Of a stretch of DNA of 28,372 bases, positions 10,024-20,776 are shown in pieces; positions within the stretch are counted from its first letter, which is position 1, and every line of letters begins with the position of its first letter. The DNA comes from a virus (Duplodnaviria > Caudoviricetes). The stretch lies in IMG/VR virus record IMGVR_UViG_3300042289_001106, positions 1 to 28,372 of that record, one strand, 5' to 3'. A program made the position numbers and the translations under genes. The notes under the pieces are model-generated. The model was not told where the DNA came from, searched no databases, and saw nothing but the letters and a program-made list of their open reading frames with translations.

Positions 10024-13000
10024 TTAAAGAATCTTTTTAATTGGACCAATACTTCTTAGTCCATATCCTCTTCTTTGAATTGTTGGGAATGTTGATAATC
10101 CAGAATCAACATTATATCCAGAAACTGCTATCGCTACTGGAGAAGATGAGCGAGTAAATCCATACATCTTACCCCAAGAGAACTTACCTACAGTGGATCC
10201 TGTTGTAGCAATACCAACAACTGAAGAGTCAGACTTAATATTACAAGTCATAATTCCAAGAGAAGAGTTAAATGCACTGATATGATATATGTTATCTAAA
10301 AATTCAGTTCCAACACCAATAACACTGCCATCATGATTAACAATAGATGTTACACCGTTTCCAACGGTAGTGTTAAAAATATAAATTGGATATCCAATTG
10401 TCCAATCTGTAAATGGTGCTAATGCTGGGTCTAAGGTAAATTTAATTGCAAGATTTGTACCAATTCCAGTAGCAGTTGTAATACCAATAATGTTTCCAAA
10501 AGATCCAGCAACTCCAGTGATATTTTTAATATTTTCATAAACTGGGTCGGGGAGAGGTACAATAACCTCTGGTAAATTAGAAGTTGTATATCCAAATCCA
10601 GGATTTAATATTGTAACTGGAGAAGAAAGAGATCCATTAACAACAGCAATGGTTGCTGTTGCTGTTGTACCTAAACCAACGCCAACTGAAGGTGGTGCAG
10701 AAATTTTAACTTCTACTGATGCACCACTATAACCACTACCAGACTGATTAATTGTTAGAGTTTGGATAGTTCCGGCAGCAGAAACAGTGGCAGTAACAGC
10801 AGCAGATACTGGATCAACAGATCCAGATACTATTAATCCATCAAATTCTGTTGGACTATCATAACTAAAGAATTTAACATTATCTACGAAAATTTGATTA
10901 TCTGTTGTAGATAAATTTGAAATTAATCTTGCGGTTGGATATACTTGAGATTCAGCAGAATCTCTTGCTTTTGAAACAGTATTTCCATCGATAACTTTAT
11001 CAACTTTCTGTTTTATCCAACTTAAATTAAGTTGTTTATCAGATTGTGAATTAATTCCTTGGAAGAAATAATTATTAGTTTGAATTCTGTCGGCAGATGG
11101 AATATCAAAAATGTTTCTAATTTCTTGTGTAGTTGTTATCCCAAGATAATTATTATTACTAAACGCCTGGACGGAATCTCCAATCTTAAGAGTTTCAAAA
11201 ACATCTACCTGAGTACTATCATCAGCACTCCCTCTGTAAAAGAAGATTGCAACATTATCTTCTGGTTTTGGTGGTTGGGTAAATGTAAACGATGTTCCTC
11301 CATTAAATTCATATGCAACACCTGGTTGCTGAAGAATTCCATTTATAAAGATAATTAATAAAGTATTAAAATCAATAAGTTGTGAATCTGGGTCAGAAGC
11401 ATTTTTTTCAAAACTTAACAATTGAGAATTATAATATAATGGGAATCTAGTTCTAGATCCATTTTGATAAGTTTTTACACTATCAATATAATCCATCTGA
11501 CCAAATTGCCAAGCGGAGAAAGAATCTGTAAATGTACTAAGAATGGTTAATTGAAACTCTGAAACTGGTTGAGAGAGACCATATGCGGTAACAAGACCAA
11601 CTGCTTTAACCACATCACCAGGTTTAAATCCATAACCATTTCTTACAACTTTAAATCCAGTAACTTCAAATAATGTGGATCCAATTCCTGTTGTTGAACT
11701 TGCTCCAACATCAACATTTAATAACAATCCTACTCCAGTATCTGTAGTTGCACCAATACTTAGTCTAGACATACCAATTACTGGCAAGTTATTATAACTT
11801 GGTGGAGATATGCTTATCGTTGGATTTGTATATCCAGTTCCTGCGTTAATAATATTAAATGATAATGTTCCACCAGCGCCAACATTGGATGTAATTGTTG
11901 CCGATGTGCCAGCATGACCAGATTCCGATATTGAGATTGTAACAGGAGTTCTATATCCAGACCCCCAATTTCCAGTTGTTCCAATTCCAATGGAAACAAT
12001 CGTTCCACCAACACCAATAATTGCAGTGACTGAAGCACCAACTAAAGGTGCATACCCAAGCCCTGGTGTTGATCCGAGGGAAACAATTAAACCACCTCTT
12101 GGAAGTTGATTAACATTAACATCATCGACAGATACGTATGTTGATCCATTTGATGACGTAATCCCAGAAAATACAATACTACTGATGCCTAGTGTATTGT
12201 TTTCTACTATTGTAAAATTATTTTGTGAGTTGTTTTCAGTTGTTGGAGTTTGGAATATTCCATTAATGAATACAATACCATTTCCACCAGTGCTTCCTAA
12301 ACCAACTGTGTTAATACCATTTACAGTTAAGGTGTAAGTTTGACCAATTCCAGTAAATCTTTCGGAAACATTGTCGTAGACTTGGTTAGTTGTATAATCC
12401 TTTCTCAAAAATACTCTACCATTAAATACTGAAGTTGGTTCTGGTAGTCCAAAGGTATTGGTATAGTACTGTGATGTTGTTATTCCTCTTGGTGCGTCAG
12501 TGAAATAAATTTTGCTATTTACAATATTGAACGTACCTCTATAAAGAGAAACTGAACTATAGTCTGAATGTGTCGTTGAAGATGATCCTACAAATCCCCT
12601 CTGAACTGTAACCAAAGGAAATGTACCTGCAAATGAAACTGGACCGGAATATGATGTTCCAAATCCAACACTAATCACTTTCATATATTCATTATCAATC
12701 TTTAAAATATCACCGATAGTGATTGATGATATTCCACTAAGTGCAAAAGTTGTCGATGCAGTACCTATCTGCCCGCCACTATTGACTGTATAATTGAGTA
12801 ATGAATATGCTATTGGTGATTGTACAATATTATTGATAGAAATAATCGATTTATCATTCTTTTTACTCATTTCAAATTGGTGAGAATTTCCTGCACCAAC
12901 TGTGGTGAATGTTACAGCAATCGCTGGATTTGCTAAAGCATATTCTTTTCTTGTTGCAATCTTAAAGTTATTATTATCAATTTTAATTGCATAAACTGTG

Positions 13001-16000
13001 GATGGTAAAATATTTGTTACAACTCCCACATTATTCAAAGTTGATCCTATACCAACAGATGTTGAAGCAAATCCTGGAGTTGTTGATCCTGAAGTATAGA
13101 TCAATTCCTCTCCAGTACTAAAGAAATGATTTAAAATACTAAATTGTCCTGTTGATAAATTAACTGCAGTGGAATCTGTAGGATCAAATACTTTTCTAAA
13201 AATAGGTGTACCTTGATAATTTAAATCAAAATCAGTTTTAGTCTCTGTAAACTGAGAACTAATATCATCAATATTAAGAACTCTATTTGTTCTACATTCA
13301 ATATAATCTGCTAATCTTCTATTTTTTAACTTTAAAAATCTTGAACTATTACCATCAGTATCAACATCTATTACTAAATCAAAGTTGTTAATAGTATCAA
13401 CTCTATTTTCATCTATAAAATTATATACAAAATCTGCATATTGATTTGCAGTAATTCCAATTCCAGCATTTTTTACTATCTGAGTGTCTGAAAAGTTTTT
13501 AAGTCCACTTGTATGCAAAAGACTATTAACTGGACTTACAATGTCTACCCATTCTTGGTTACTCTTTACCGAATATGAAAGGTTTTGGTAGTAATCATTA
13601 TCTGGAATTACTTGAATATCCTCATCAAGTTTTCCAGTATCATCTGACCAACCAATATTCTGTGGTGTGGAATAATTTACTTCAAATTGACCTACAGACT
13701 CTTTTATCTCACTAATTGTAGCAATTGTTCCAGATTGCGTTCCACGGACAGTTTGATTTGTTACTAATTCATATGAACCAGAAATTTTAATATAATTCTT
13801 ATTACTTTCTGTAATTTTAAGATCACTATTAACATATCCAAGTGTTGTGCTAACTTGCAACGACTCACCAAGAATAAAATTTGAAAATTCTTGACTTACT
13901 GAAAATCTTGGATAATTGCTATAATTTACTATTGTTCCATAAATTCCAGTGGTTATTGTTTGGGCAATACCTGGATTTGCAGATTCTTTTAATTCATTTA
14001 AATCAAATTCTAATACTCTTGGAAGTTCAGTACCAGAATTTGCGTAGGTAGAAACTGTGAAGAAATTATATCCATAATCTGCAGAATTAAATCCATCCCC
14101 TTCAGTTCCATACTTTAAAATTCCCTCTACAAAAATTTTATCTCCAACTGAAAAAGGTTCTGTAACAAATCCTGTAAACGGAGTTACTAAGAAACAAGTA
14201 ACAATTCCTGTTGCTGATGTTTGTACTGTTTGAATTCCAACTCCATTATCATTATTAATTGCAATAATTTTAGAATTTAATTGAGGCAATCCTTTTGGTT
14301 TTTGATTTATAGTAACTGAAGTAATAGCTGTCCCATCAATTGTTGGAGTTAAAAATCCAGAATCTACCCTAGTATCAGTAACAGAATTTACAACGATTAA
14401 ATTAGGTGGGAACGTATAATTTCTACCACCAAAAGAAACATCAATATCAACAATTTCATTCGAATCTTTAATGATTAAAAATTTAGCAATAGATGCTTCT
14501 GGTCTTAAAGTTTTATCTGAAGAATATTCGAATCCCTCATTTAAAATTCTAACATTATTAATTTTACCAATGCTATTAGATTGTGGTATAATATAAGCAC
14601 CGCTTCCTGAGGTTGATCCTATTCCATCAAAAATTGGTAGTTTACTAAAGTTGGAACCGGGAGAAATAGTTCTGATTTTAGATACTCCACCAAAAGCGGT
14701 TAAAGATGAAGTATCATATTTTAATTCATCACATTCTGTTTTAGAATAATTGTAATTTTCTGGAGAAATTGGTAAAGAAATTTTAAATGTAGTGTCACTA
14801 ACTCCAAAGATTTTATACTTGTTATGATAATGACTATCAATAAAATTAATTTGAGAGTAATTCTGAACCTCTAAATCTGGAATACTTACTACTCCAGATT
14901 TTTCTAACCCATAGAATAAAGAAGATGGTAATTTATCATCATAATTAATTGTTAAAGAAGCATTTGTCGATACACCAGCAGTTCCAACACCTGATATTGA
15001 AAAAATACTTGTAGTTCCTACAGAAATAAAGTCATCTTTTAATTCCCTATCATAAAATATTTTAAATCTAAATCCAGAAAGTGAAGTATCTGAAAGATCA
15101 AATATCGCATTATTATTTTTAATTATATCTAAACTTGGATTAATTGGTAATAATCTATGTGTAACTGCAGGTGCTGAATTGATATCAACAAATAAAGGTG
15201 GATTAGAAATAGAATCAGTATAAGTCTGACATAGTTTAATTAAATTATCATCAACTTTATAAACGTAATAAATTCCAGTTGATAGACCAGATGCAACTGA
15301 TGTTGATTTGTAAATAACCTTATCACCAGTTTTAAATCCGTGATTTGAAATTGTTATCTGATTAGCAACAGTGTTAATACCTGATGAAGTAAATTGAACA
15401 GGATTAATTATTAACTTATCTTCATTAGAGTCATATAAAACTTTTATTGATGTAGATGTTCCAATACCAACAGAAAGATTTGGTTTAACTGTTAATTGAA
15501 TTTCATCTCCATTGTTTAATTGATGACTTGTCGATACAGATACAACTGATGTAACTCTTTGAATGTCACCTTTTATTTGGGAGAAATTAGATCTTATTGA
15601 ATATTGATAGTCATCGGAACCGTTGGAGATGAAATACAAACCATTAGTAGTTGTAGTTAATCCGATTTGAGTTGTAATTCCGATAAAATCTACAGATTTT
15701 TTGATAACATAAACAGTTTGTTCGTTTCCACTAAATGGCAGATCAAATGCAGTAGAACTAGATGTATTTGCTACAGATATAGCAGAGGCGGTTCCTGGTT
15801 TAGTTAAAATTACTTCTTGATTATTTTTGAATGGATGATTTGGAAGATATAAAGATTGTGTTGGTATATAAACTGAACTAATACGATTTCCTATATTATA
15901 GTTTACAGAAATGCCAAGTCCGCTGGTGGTTCCAACACCAACTGCTTTTTTGGGATTAAAATAAACAATATCATTATCCTTAGATTCAAAGTAATCTGTT

Positions 16001-19000
16001 TTTTTATTAACAGTAAAAGAATCTGGAGTAAAATAAACTACAGATGTTGATGTATGAATACCGCCAGATGTATTTCTAGAAACTCTAAGAACATTTTCAT
16101 ATTCGAAAATGTTTAATAAAGAAAATGTTTCGGATCCAATACCAATACTACTTCCAACAGAAATATTATTTGGAATATTAGCAACATAGATATCAGTTAC
16201 AATTCCAGTTGTCGAATAAGCAGGAATGTCTCTAGATAATGTGGATGTATAAGATGTGACTCCAATTTGATAAAAACCATTAACATCACTCAGTGTCGTT
16301 GAAAATCCAGAAATACTTACATAATCTAAGTTTTCTAATTCGTGTTTTGGAGAAACTTTTATCTTAATTTTTCCACCATCTTGCCAAGTGAATAATGCAT
16401 CATCATAAGATAATATACTTGTTTGTAAGTTTTCAATTTCTTTTCCATTAACTCTTGAAACTTGAGCAACTAATCCACCACCGCCGCTGGTGCTTTCATC
16501 GAAAATTAATGAATCTCCCACCTTATAATTATCACCAGAATCAACAATTTCATAAGAATCTATTTTGCCTTTAGTGACGGATTCAACTACTGATAATTGA
16601 TTAATAAATTCATTAGATTCTAAAAGAAAATCATTGTTTGCATAAGTATCTTTAACTTTATATGGGAAAGTATTCCTAATTAAACTTGAATTATTGAAAT
16701 CAAAGGATTGATTTAATGTTTCATTTTCTTTAATGAACTTAGAACGATATCTATTTCCAATAAAATAGGGGAAGATTCCAACAGTATTTCCATTTCCATC
16801 AACTATTGAAGTCGCAAAATAGGCATAAACTCCATTTGGAAACTCTGGAGTTATGCAGAATCTTCCATTATATTCATCCAAATCACCAGAATTTGTAAAT
16901 TTATAATCTTCTATAAAAAATCCTGGAGCAAATCCAGAAGGACGGTTAGAAATATAATTAGTGTCTAAAGAATATCCAGAAGTAAGTCTTCTAATTGCAG
17001 AGTTCTTATTTTTTGGATCCGAATATCCATATGATCCATAAATTGGATTTCCATCATATGCCCATCCAATAATTGGTGAGTGAGATGCTCCAGTATCACC
17101 AAAAGCATTTTGTGCGAGTCCAGAATATCCTGAAATTGCATATTGCAAATTATTATATGAAGATCTAATAATTTCATTAGAAATGGTAGCACTATCATTA
17201 ACATCGTCATATAAGAAATTATTATTTAATGTAATTGATCTTATTTGTGGATCAAATATTACACCCTTTCCTGAAGGTACTACGGAGATGCTTGTAGTAT
17301 CTTGAGAATATCCAGAACCAGAGTTAACTATGACGACATCAGTGATTCTATTATTGGTAATTACTGGTTTAAGAACCGCCCCAGTACCAATCCCAGCAAC
17401 TCTTAAATCTGGTGTTGAGTAGTATTCAACACCACCATATTGAATAGATACATCTCTTATTTGACCATTAACTATAACAGGTACAAGTTGTGCATATTTT
17501 CCATTTTTGATACTAATGGTTGGTTTATTTTGATAATTTAAAATACTCGATCCATAATCCGATCCATTATTATAAACATAAGTATCAATAATTTTTCCTC
17601 TTATAATAGGAGTTGCAACTATAGATCCTCTAGACTGAGTACTACCTAAACCAACAGCACTATATTCTACATTTAAAGATATAGGTGGATAATTAAAAAT
17701 ATGATATCCAGTTCCCGTTGATCCAAGACTTACATAATTTTTCCTTGTATAGTTTGAAGTTATAGTTGCTCCAACTCCAGCATCTGCAAGTCTAAATGTA
17801 TCATCATCAATTTTAAGAACGTAATATTGATTTGATGTTGATAATCCAGAAATCGGGGTGGAAACAGTCGTTGAAATTCCTGTGTTTGAATATACAATTA
17901 TTTCACCATCCTTAAATCCATGATTGATAAAAGAAACGGAATCATTTATTGTAGAAATTCCTGAAGAAGTAACTCTAAGTTTTCTATTGGTATATCCACT
18001 TCCACCATTAATAATTTTAATTTGTGTTAGAGTATTTTTTGGTTCCGTTAAAAACTTTTGAATTCCAGCAGTTCCAATTGTAGTAAATCCTACGGTATTA
18101 ATTCCAGAATTGTAATCCGTTAATGACTGATACAACTGAATTGTTCTGTCATTAACATATTTTGCATAATAAGTTGACCCATTCCTTAAAGTTTCGCCAC
18201 TATCAAAATCCAACCCTTGGAAAGTTGCGATTCCAATTGATGGATTATTTCCTGGACTATAAATGACAGGTTGACCATTTATAAGATTATGATTTGACGT
18301 AAATGTAATTGTTTCAAATGTGGTGTCTACTCCACCTCCATCTGATATCTGTCTTGCATCAAATTCAATTTCTCTACTTCTCTTATCTACAATAGGTTGA
18401 AATGATACTCCAGATCCGTTACCGCCAGTTAAGGTAACAGAAACAATCACATCTACATCAAAATCTTGAGGATCGACATAGATTGTCTCTAGAGAACCAC
18501 TTATAACTGGTTGAATTAAAGCACTTCCAGAAGAAAATTCTAGTAAAGGCGGATTAATTACATCATATCCACTTCCACCATTTAATACACTTACCGACTC
18601 TAGAGGTCCATAATAAACTTTATCATTTGTCTTATAACTTATAATTTCTACACCATTTATTAACATTCCAATCGAACCTGGTTCAGTTAGAACGGATTGA
18701 CCGTCTCCCATATTAAATGAAAGTGGAAACTTTCTTAATATTTTCTGTGGAGAAAGAACTTTTTCTTTCTGAGTTCTAAGAACAAAGTTATGAGTTCCTG
18801 TGGTCAGTGATCCAAAACTAACGTAATTAACTGTTCCAATCACAGATAGTGAATTATACAATCTAATTTGAAGATTTCCAGATCCACTTACAAGTTCAAC
18901 AAAATATACACCTTCAGATAATCCAGAAATTGGTGATTGGGATGGTGTATAGTATATCTCACTTCCAGTTAAAAATGAGACTGGAGTGCTAAATGTTATA

Positions 19001-20775
19001 GTTGAATATAGACCACTATCTTCGTCGAGTCCTGCTACTCCAGAAGCATTATATGAAAAAATTGACTTTGTTATTTGATATGATGGTAATGAATTAGATG
19101 CAACATACATGTATTCATTATCTTGATTATAAACATTCTGAATCTCTGCCGTTACTGGACTAAACTCCAGAGGAACGCTTGAAGAACTAGCATTTTTAAG
19201 TTTTCTTCTAATATCATAATTAAAACTTTGGTTCAAAGTAAAAGAACTACTAGTTGTAACTTGTTTTCCTGTAATTTGAGTTACTAAAAGATTAGATGCT
19301 ACAACAGTTTGAGAATCTCTATTTAAAATTTCAATGTAATCTCCTATTTTAAGGCTAGATTTATCAATGTCGCTCTTTAATACAACTTGAGAGATTGTTC
19401 CAGAGGAGAATGTATCGATTTCATATCTTGAACTTGTATTGTAGATCCAACTATTTGCAAAAATTTCTTTATAAGAAGGATTAGTTTGTGGATTTTTAAT
19501 AATTTCACCAACACTCTTAACAGATATAACTTCGTCTGGATTAATTGGAGAATTTTGCTCTATGGGATTAAATTTTGATAAAACTCCAGTGAGTCTTAAT
19601 TCTACTTTATTCTCTAAATCACCATTTTCATATCCATAGTATATCTCATCGGACCTTATTACCGATCCAGTTGTAATTTGTGTTGTAACTCCAGAGCAAC
19701 CAAAAAATTGATTTATACTTTTATTCGTATATGTAATGATATTGTTACCGGAGTAGATTTTTCCAGATGTAGAAAATCCGATTGTAGAATCTACTGTAAT
19801 GACAGAACTACCAACACTAACTGTCTCTATATTTTTTGTATTGCCAGTAATGTTGAAGGTTCCCGTAACTGTTGGAAACGCATCATCATATCCAATAAAA
19901 AGAAAAAGTTTATAATAAGTTTTTCCACTTCTTCTGATAATTTCAACCTCAGATACTGATGCTGTACTGCTAGGATCATTATTTTTGAAAATTGTTTGTC
20001 CAGCAAGATTTAGAGGATCTCCAGAAATTGCCTCTGCAACTACAACTTCTCTTCTAACATATGTTGCAGATGATGGTTTTAATAGAAACTGCTCCAAATC
20101 AATTACTTTTGGAGTTTCTCCAAATAGGATATTGAAGAGAATTCTAAAAGACTCATCAGTTCCTTTTGATTCATATAAAGTTCTTGCTTCTTTAATAAAG
20201 TTGCCAACATTCAAATCAGAAACAAAATTTATATCTTCTAATCCTGGTGTTAATGTATATTTTAATTTTTTATATAATTCCTTTAAAAAGAGTGAACTTA
20301 GATTTTGAACTGTAGAGAGTCCAACGTGTGATGCCTGATTTGATGTTGAGAATACTAATTCTCCATAATTCAAATCTTTATGATAACTGGTAATACCAGA
20401 AAATCCACGAATACAACCAGTAAATGTAGTTGCGGAAGTTCCAGTATATGTAATTATTTCATCATCAATCTTCAATAAACCATATGAAGAAGGAAACCCT
20501 TTCGTCGATGTAACTGTAATGATTCCAGAAGAAGCAGTAATATCTGTAGTTAATCCAGTAAATCCATTAACTACTTCTGGAGTTAGATTATCAAGTTTTA
20601 AGTACTGATCAAGATTTTCAGAAATATCTGTAGGACCGCCCTGATATTCTTGCGAAATATAATACTGCTTTAAAAAATCTAAAGTTTTGGGGCTTTCTTC
20701 CAAAATAAATTCTGGAAGTTGATTTTCAAGTACCTGCTGTACTTTTACTCTGGATTCAAAACCCGTTTTTATCAT
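10024..20775 (-). CDS. gp7: Baseplate wedge initiator gp7-like giant structural protein (3583 aa)
   Basis: N-terminal QLPEFI...FLKQYY, FIKEARTLYESKGTDESFRILFNILFG, later DNDYYQNLSYSVKS...VNSLLHTSGLKNF; lies between gp6 and gp8. Confidence 0.75.
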   Translation of the reverse strand: MIKTGFESRVKVQQVLENQLPEFILEESPKTLDFLKQYYISQEYQGGPTDISENLDQYLKLDNLTPEVVNGFTGLTTDITASSGIITVTSTKGFPSSYGLLKIDDEIITYTGTSATTFTGCIRGFSGITSYHKDLNYGELVFSTSNQASHVGLSTVQNLSSLFLKELYKKLKYTLTPGLEDINFVSDLNVGNFIKEARTLYESKGTDESFRILFNILFGETPKVIDLEQFLLKPSSATYVRREVVVAEAISGDPLNLAGQTIFKNNDPSSTASVSEVEIIRRSGKTYYKLFLFIGYDDAFPTVTGTFNITGNTKNIETVSVGSSVITVDSTIGFSTSGKIYSGNNIITYTNKSINQFFGCSGVTTQITTGSVIRSDEIYYGYENGDLENKVELRLTGVLSKFNPIEQNSPINPDEVISVKSVGEIIKNPQTNPSYKEIFANSWIYNTSSRYEIDTFSSGTISQVVLKSDIDKSSLKIGDYIEILNRDSQTVVASNLLVTQITGKQVTTSSSFTLNQSFNYDIRRKLKNASSSSVPLEFSPVTAEIQNVYNQDNEYMYVASNSLPSYQITKSIFSYNASGVAGLDEDSGLYSTITFSTPVSFLTGSEIYYTPSQSPISGLSEGVYFVELVSGSGNLQIRLYNSLSVIGTVNYVSFGSLTTGTHNFVLRTQKEKVLSPQKILRKFPLSFNMGDGQSVLTEPGSIGMLINGVEIISYKTNDKVYYGPLESVSVLNGGSGYDVINPPLLEFSSGSALIQPVISGSLETIYVDPQDFDVDVIVSVTLTGGNGSGVSFQPIVDKRSREIEFDARQISDGGGVDTTFETITFTSNHNLINGQPVIYSPGNNPSIGIATFQGLDFDSGETLRNGSTYYAKYVNDRTIQLYQSLTDYNSGINTVGFTTIGTAGIQKFLTEPKNTLTQIKIINGGSGYTNRKLRVTSSGISTINDSVSFINHGFKDGEIIVYSNTGISTTVSTPISGLSTSNQYYVLKIDDDTFRLADAGVGATITSNYTRKNYVSLGSTGTGYHIFNYPPISLNVEYSAVGLGSTQSRGSIVATPIIRGKIIDTYVYNNGSDYGSSILNYQNKPTISIKNGKYAQLVPVIVNGQIRDVSIQYGGVEYYSTPDLRVAGIGTGAVLKPVITNNRITDVVIVNSGSGYSQDTTSISVVPSGKGVIFDPQIRSITLNNNFLYDDVNDSATISNEIIRSSYNNLQYAISGYSGLAQNAFGDTGASHSPIIGWAYDGNPIYGSYGYSDPKNKNSAIRRLTSGYSLDTNYISNRPSGFAPGFFIEDYKFTNSGDLDEYNGRFCITPEFPNGVYAYFATSIVDGNGNTVGIFPYFIGNRYRSKFIKENETLNQSFDFNNSSLIRNTFPYKVKDTYANNDFLLESNEFINQLSVVESVTKGKIDSYEIVDSGDNYKVGDSLIFDESTSGGGGLVAQVSRVNGKEIENLQTSILSYDDALFTWQDGGKIKIKVSPKHELENLDYVSISGFSTTLSDVNGFYQIGVTSYTSTLSRDIPAYSTTGIVTDIYVANIPNNISVGSSIGIGSETFSLLNIFEYENVLRVSRNTSGGIHTSTSVVYFTPDSFTVNKKTDYFESKDNDIVYFNPKKAVGVGTTSGLGISVNYNIGNRISSVYIPTQSLYLPNHPFKNNQEVILTKPGTASAISVANTSSSTAFDLPFSGNEQTVYVIKKSVDFIGITTQIGLTTTTNGLYFISNGSDDYQYSIRSNFSQIKGDIQRVTSVVSVSTSHQLNNGDEIQLTVKPNLSVGIGTSTSIKVLYDSNEDKLIINPVQFTSSGINTVANQITISNHGFKTGDKVIYKSTSVASGLSTGIYYVYKVDDNLIKLCQTYTDSISNPPLFVDINSAPAVTHRLLPINPSLDIIKNNNAIFDLSDTSLSGFRFKIFYDRELKDDFISVGTTSIFSISGVGTAGVSTNASLTINYDDKLPSSLFYGLEKSGVVSIPDLEVQNYSQINFIDSHYHNKYKIFGVSDTTFKISLPISPENYNYSKTECDELKYDTSSLTAFGGVSKIRTISPGSNFSKLPIFDGIGSTSGSGAYIIPQSNSIGKINNVRILNEGFEYSSDKTLRPEASIAKFLIIKDSNEIVDIDVSFGGRNYTFPPNLIVVNSVTDTRVDSGFLTPTIDGTAITSVTINQKPKGLPQLNSKIIAINNDNGVGIQTVQTSATGIVTCFLVTPFTGFVTEPFSVGDKIFVEGILKYGTEGDGFNSADYGYNFFTVSTYANSGTELPRVLEFDLNELKESANPGIAQTITTGIYGTIVNYSNYPRFSVSQEFSNFILGESLQVSTTLGYVNSDLKITESNKNYIKISGSYELVTNQTVRGTQSGTIATISEIKESVGQFEVNYSTPQNIGWSDDTGKLDEDIQVIPDNDYYQNLSYSVKSNQEWVDIVSPVNSLLHTSGLKNFSDTQIVKNAGIGITANQYADFVYNFIDENRVDTINNFDLVIDVDTDGNSSRFLKLKNRRLADYIECRTNRVLNIDDISSQFTETKTDFDLNYQGTPIFRKVFDPTDSTAVNLSTGQFSILNHFFSTGEELIYTSGSTTPGFASTSVGIGSTLNNVGVVTNILPSTVYAIKIDNNNFKIATRKEYALANPAIAVTFTTVGAGNSHQFEMSKKNDKSIISINNIVQSPIAYSLLNYTVNSGGQIGTASTTFALSGISSITIGDILKIDNEYMKVISVGFGTSYSGPVSFAGTFPLVTVQRGFVGSSSTTHSDYSSVSLYRGTFNIVNSKIYFTDAPRGITTSQYYTNTFGLPEPTSVFNGRVFLRKDYTTNQVYDNVSERFTGIGQTYTLTVNGINTVGLGSTGGNGIVFINGIFQTPTTENNSQNNFTIVENNTLGISSIVFSGITSSNGSTYVSVDDVNVNQLPRGGLIVSLGSTPGLGYAPLVGASVTAIIGVGGTIVSIGIGTTGNWGSGYRTPVTISISESGHAGTSATITSNVGAGGTLSFNIINAGTGYTNPTISISPPSYNNLPVIGMSRLSIGATTDTGVGLLLNVDVGASSTTGIGSTLFEVTGFKVVRNGYGFKPGDVVKAVGLVTAYGLSQPVSEFQLTILSTFTDSFSAWQFGQMDYIDSVKTYQNGSRTRFPLYYNSQLLSFEKNASDPDSQLIDFNTLLIIFINGILQQPGVAYEFNGGTSFTFTQPPKPEDNVAIFFYRGSADDSTQVDVFETLKIGDSVQAFSNNNYLGITTTQEIRNIFDIPSADRIQTNNYFFQGINSQSDKQLNLSWIKQKVDKVIDGNTVSKARDSAESQVYPTARLISNLSTTDNQIFVDNVKFFSYDSPTEFDGLIVSGSVDPVSAAVTATVSAAGTIQTLTINQSGSGYSGASVEVKISAPPSVGVGLGTTATATIAVVNGSLSSPVTILNPGFGYTTSNLPEVIVPLPDPVYENIKNITGVAGSFGNIIGITTATGIGTNLAIKFTLDPALAPFTDWTIGYPIYIFNTTVGNGVTSIVNHDGSVIGVGTEFLDNIYHISAFNSSLGIMTCNIKSDSSVVGIATTGSTVGKFSWGKMYGFTRSSSPVAIAVSGYNVDSGLSTFPTIQRRGYGLRSIGPIKKIL

Positions 20776-20776
20776 C

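Noticed and set aside
1196-20775. Inteins, introns or homing endonucleases in the giant structural genes
   Set aside because: Frames are uninterrupted and I saw no intein splice motifs or LAGLIDADG/HNH/GIY-YIG signatures by eye.
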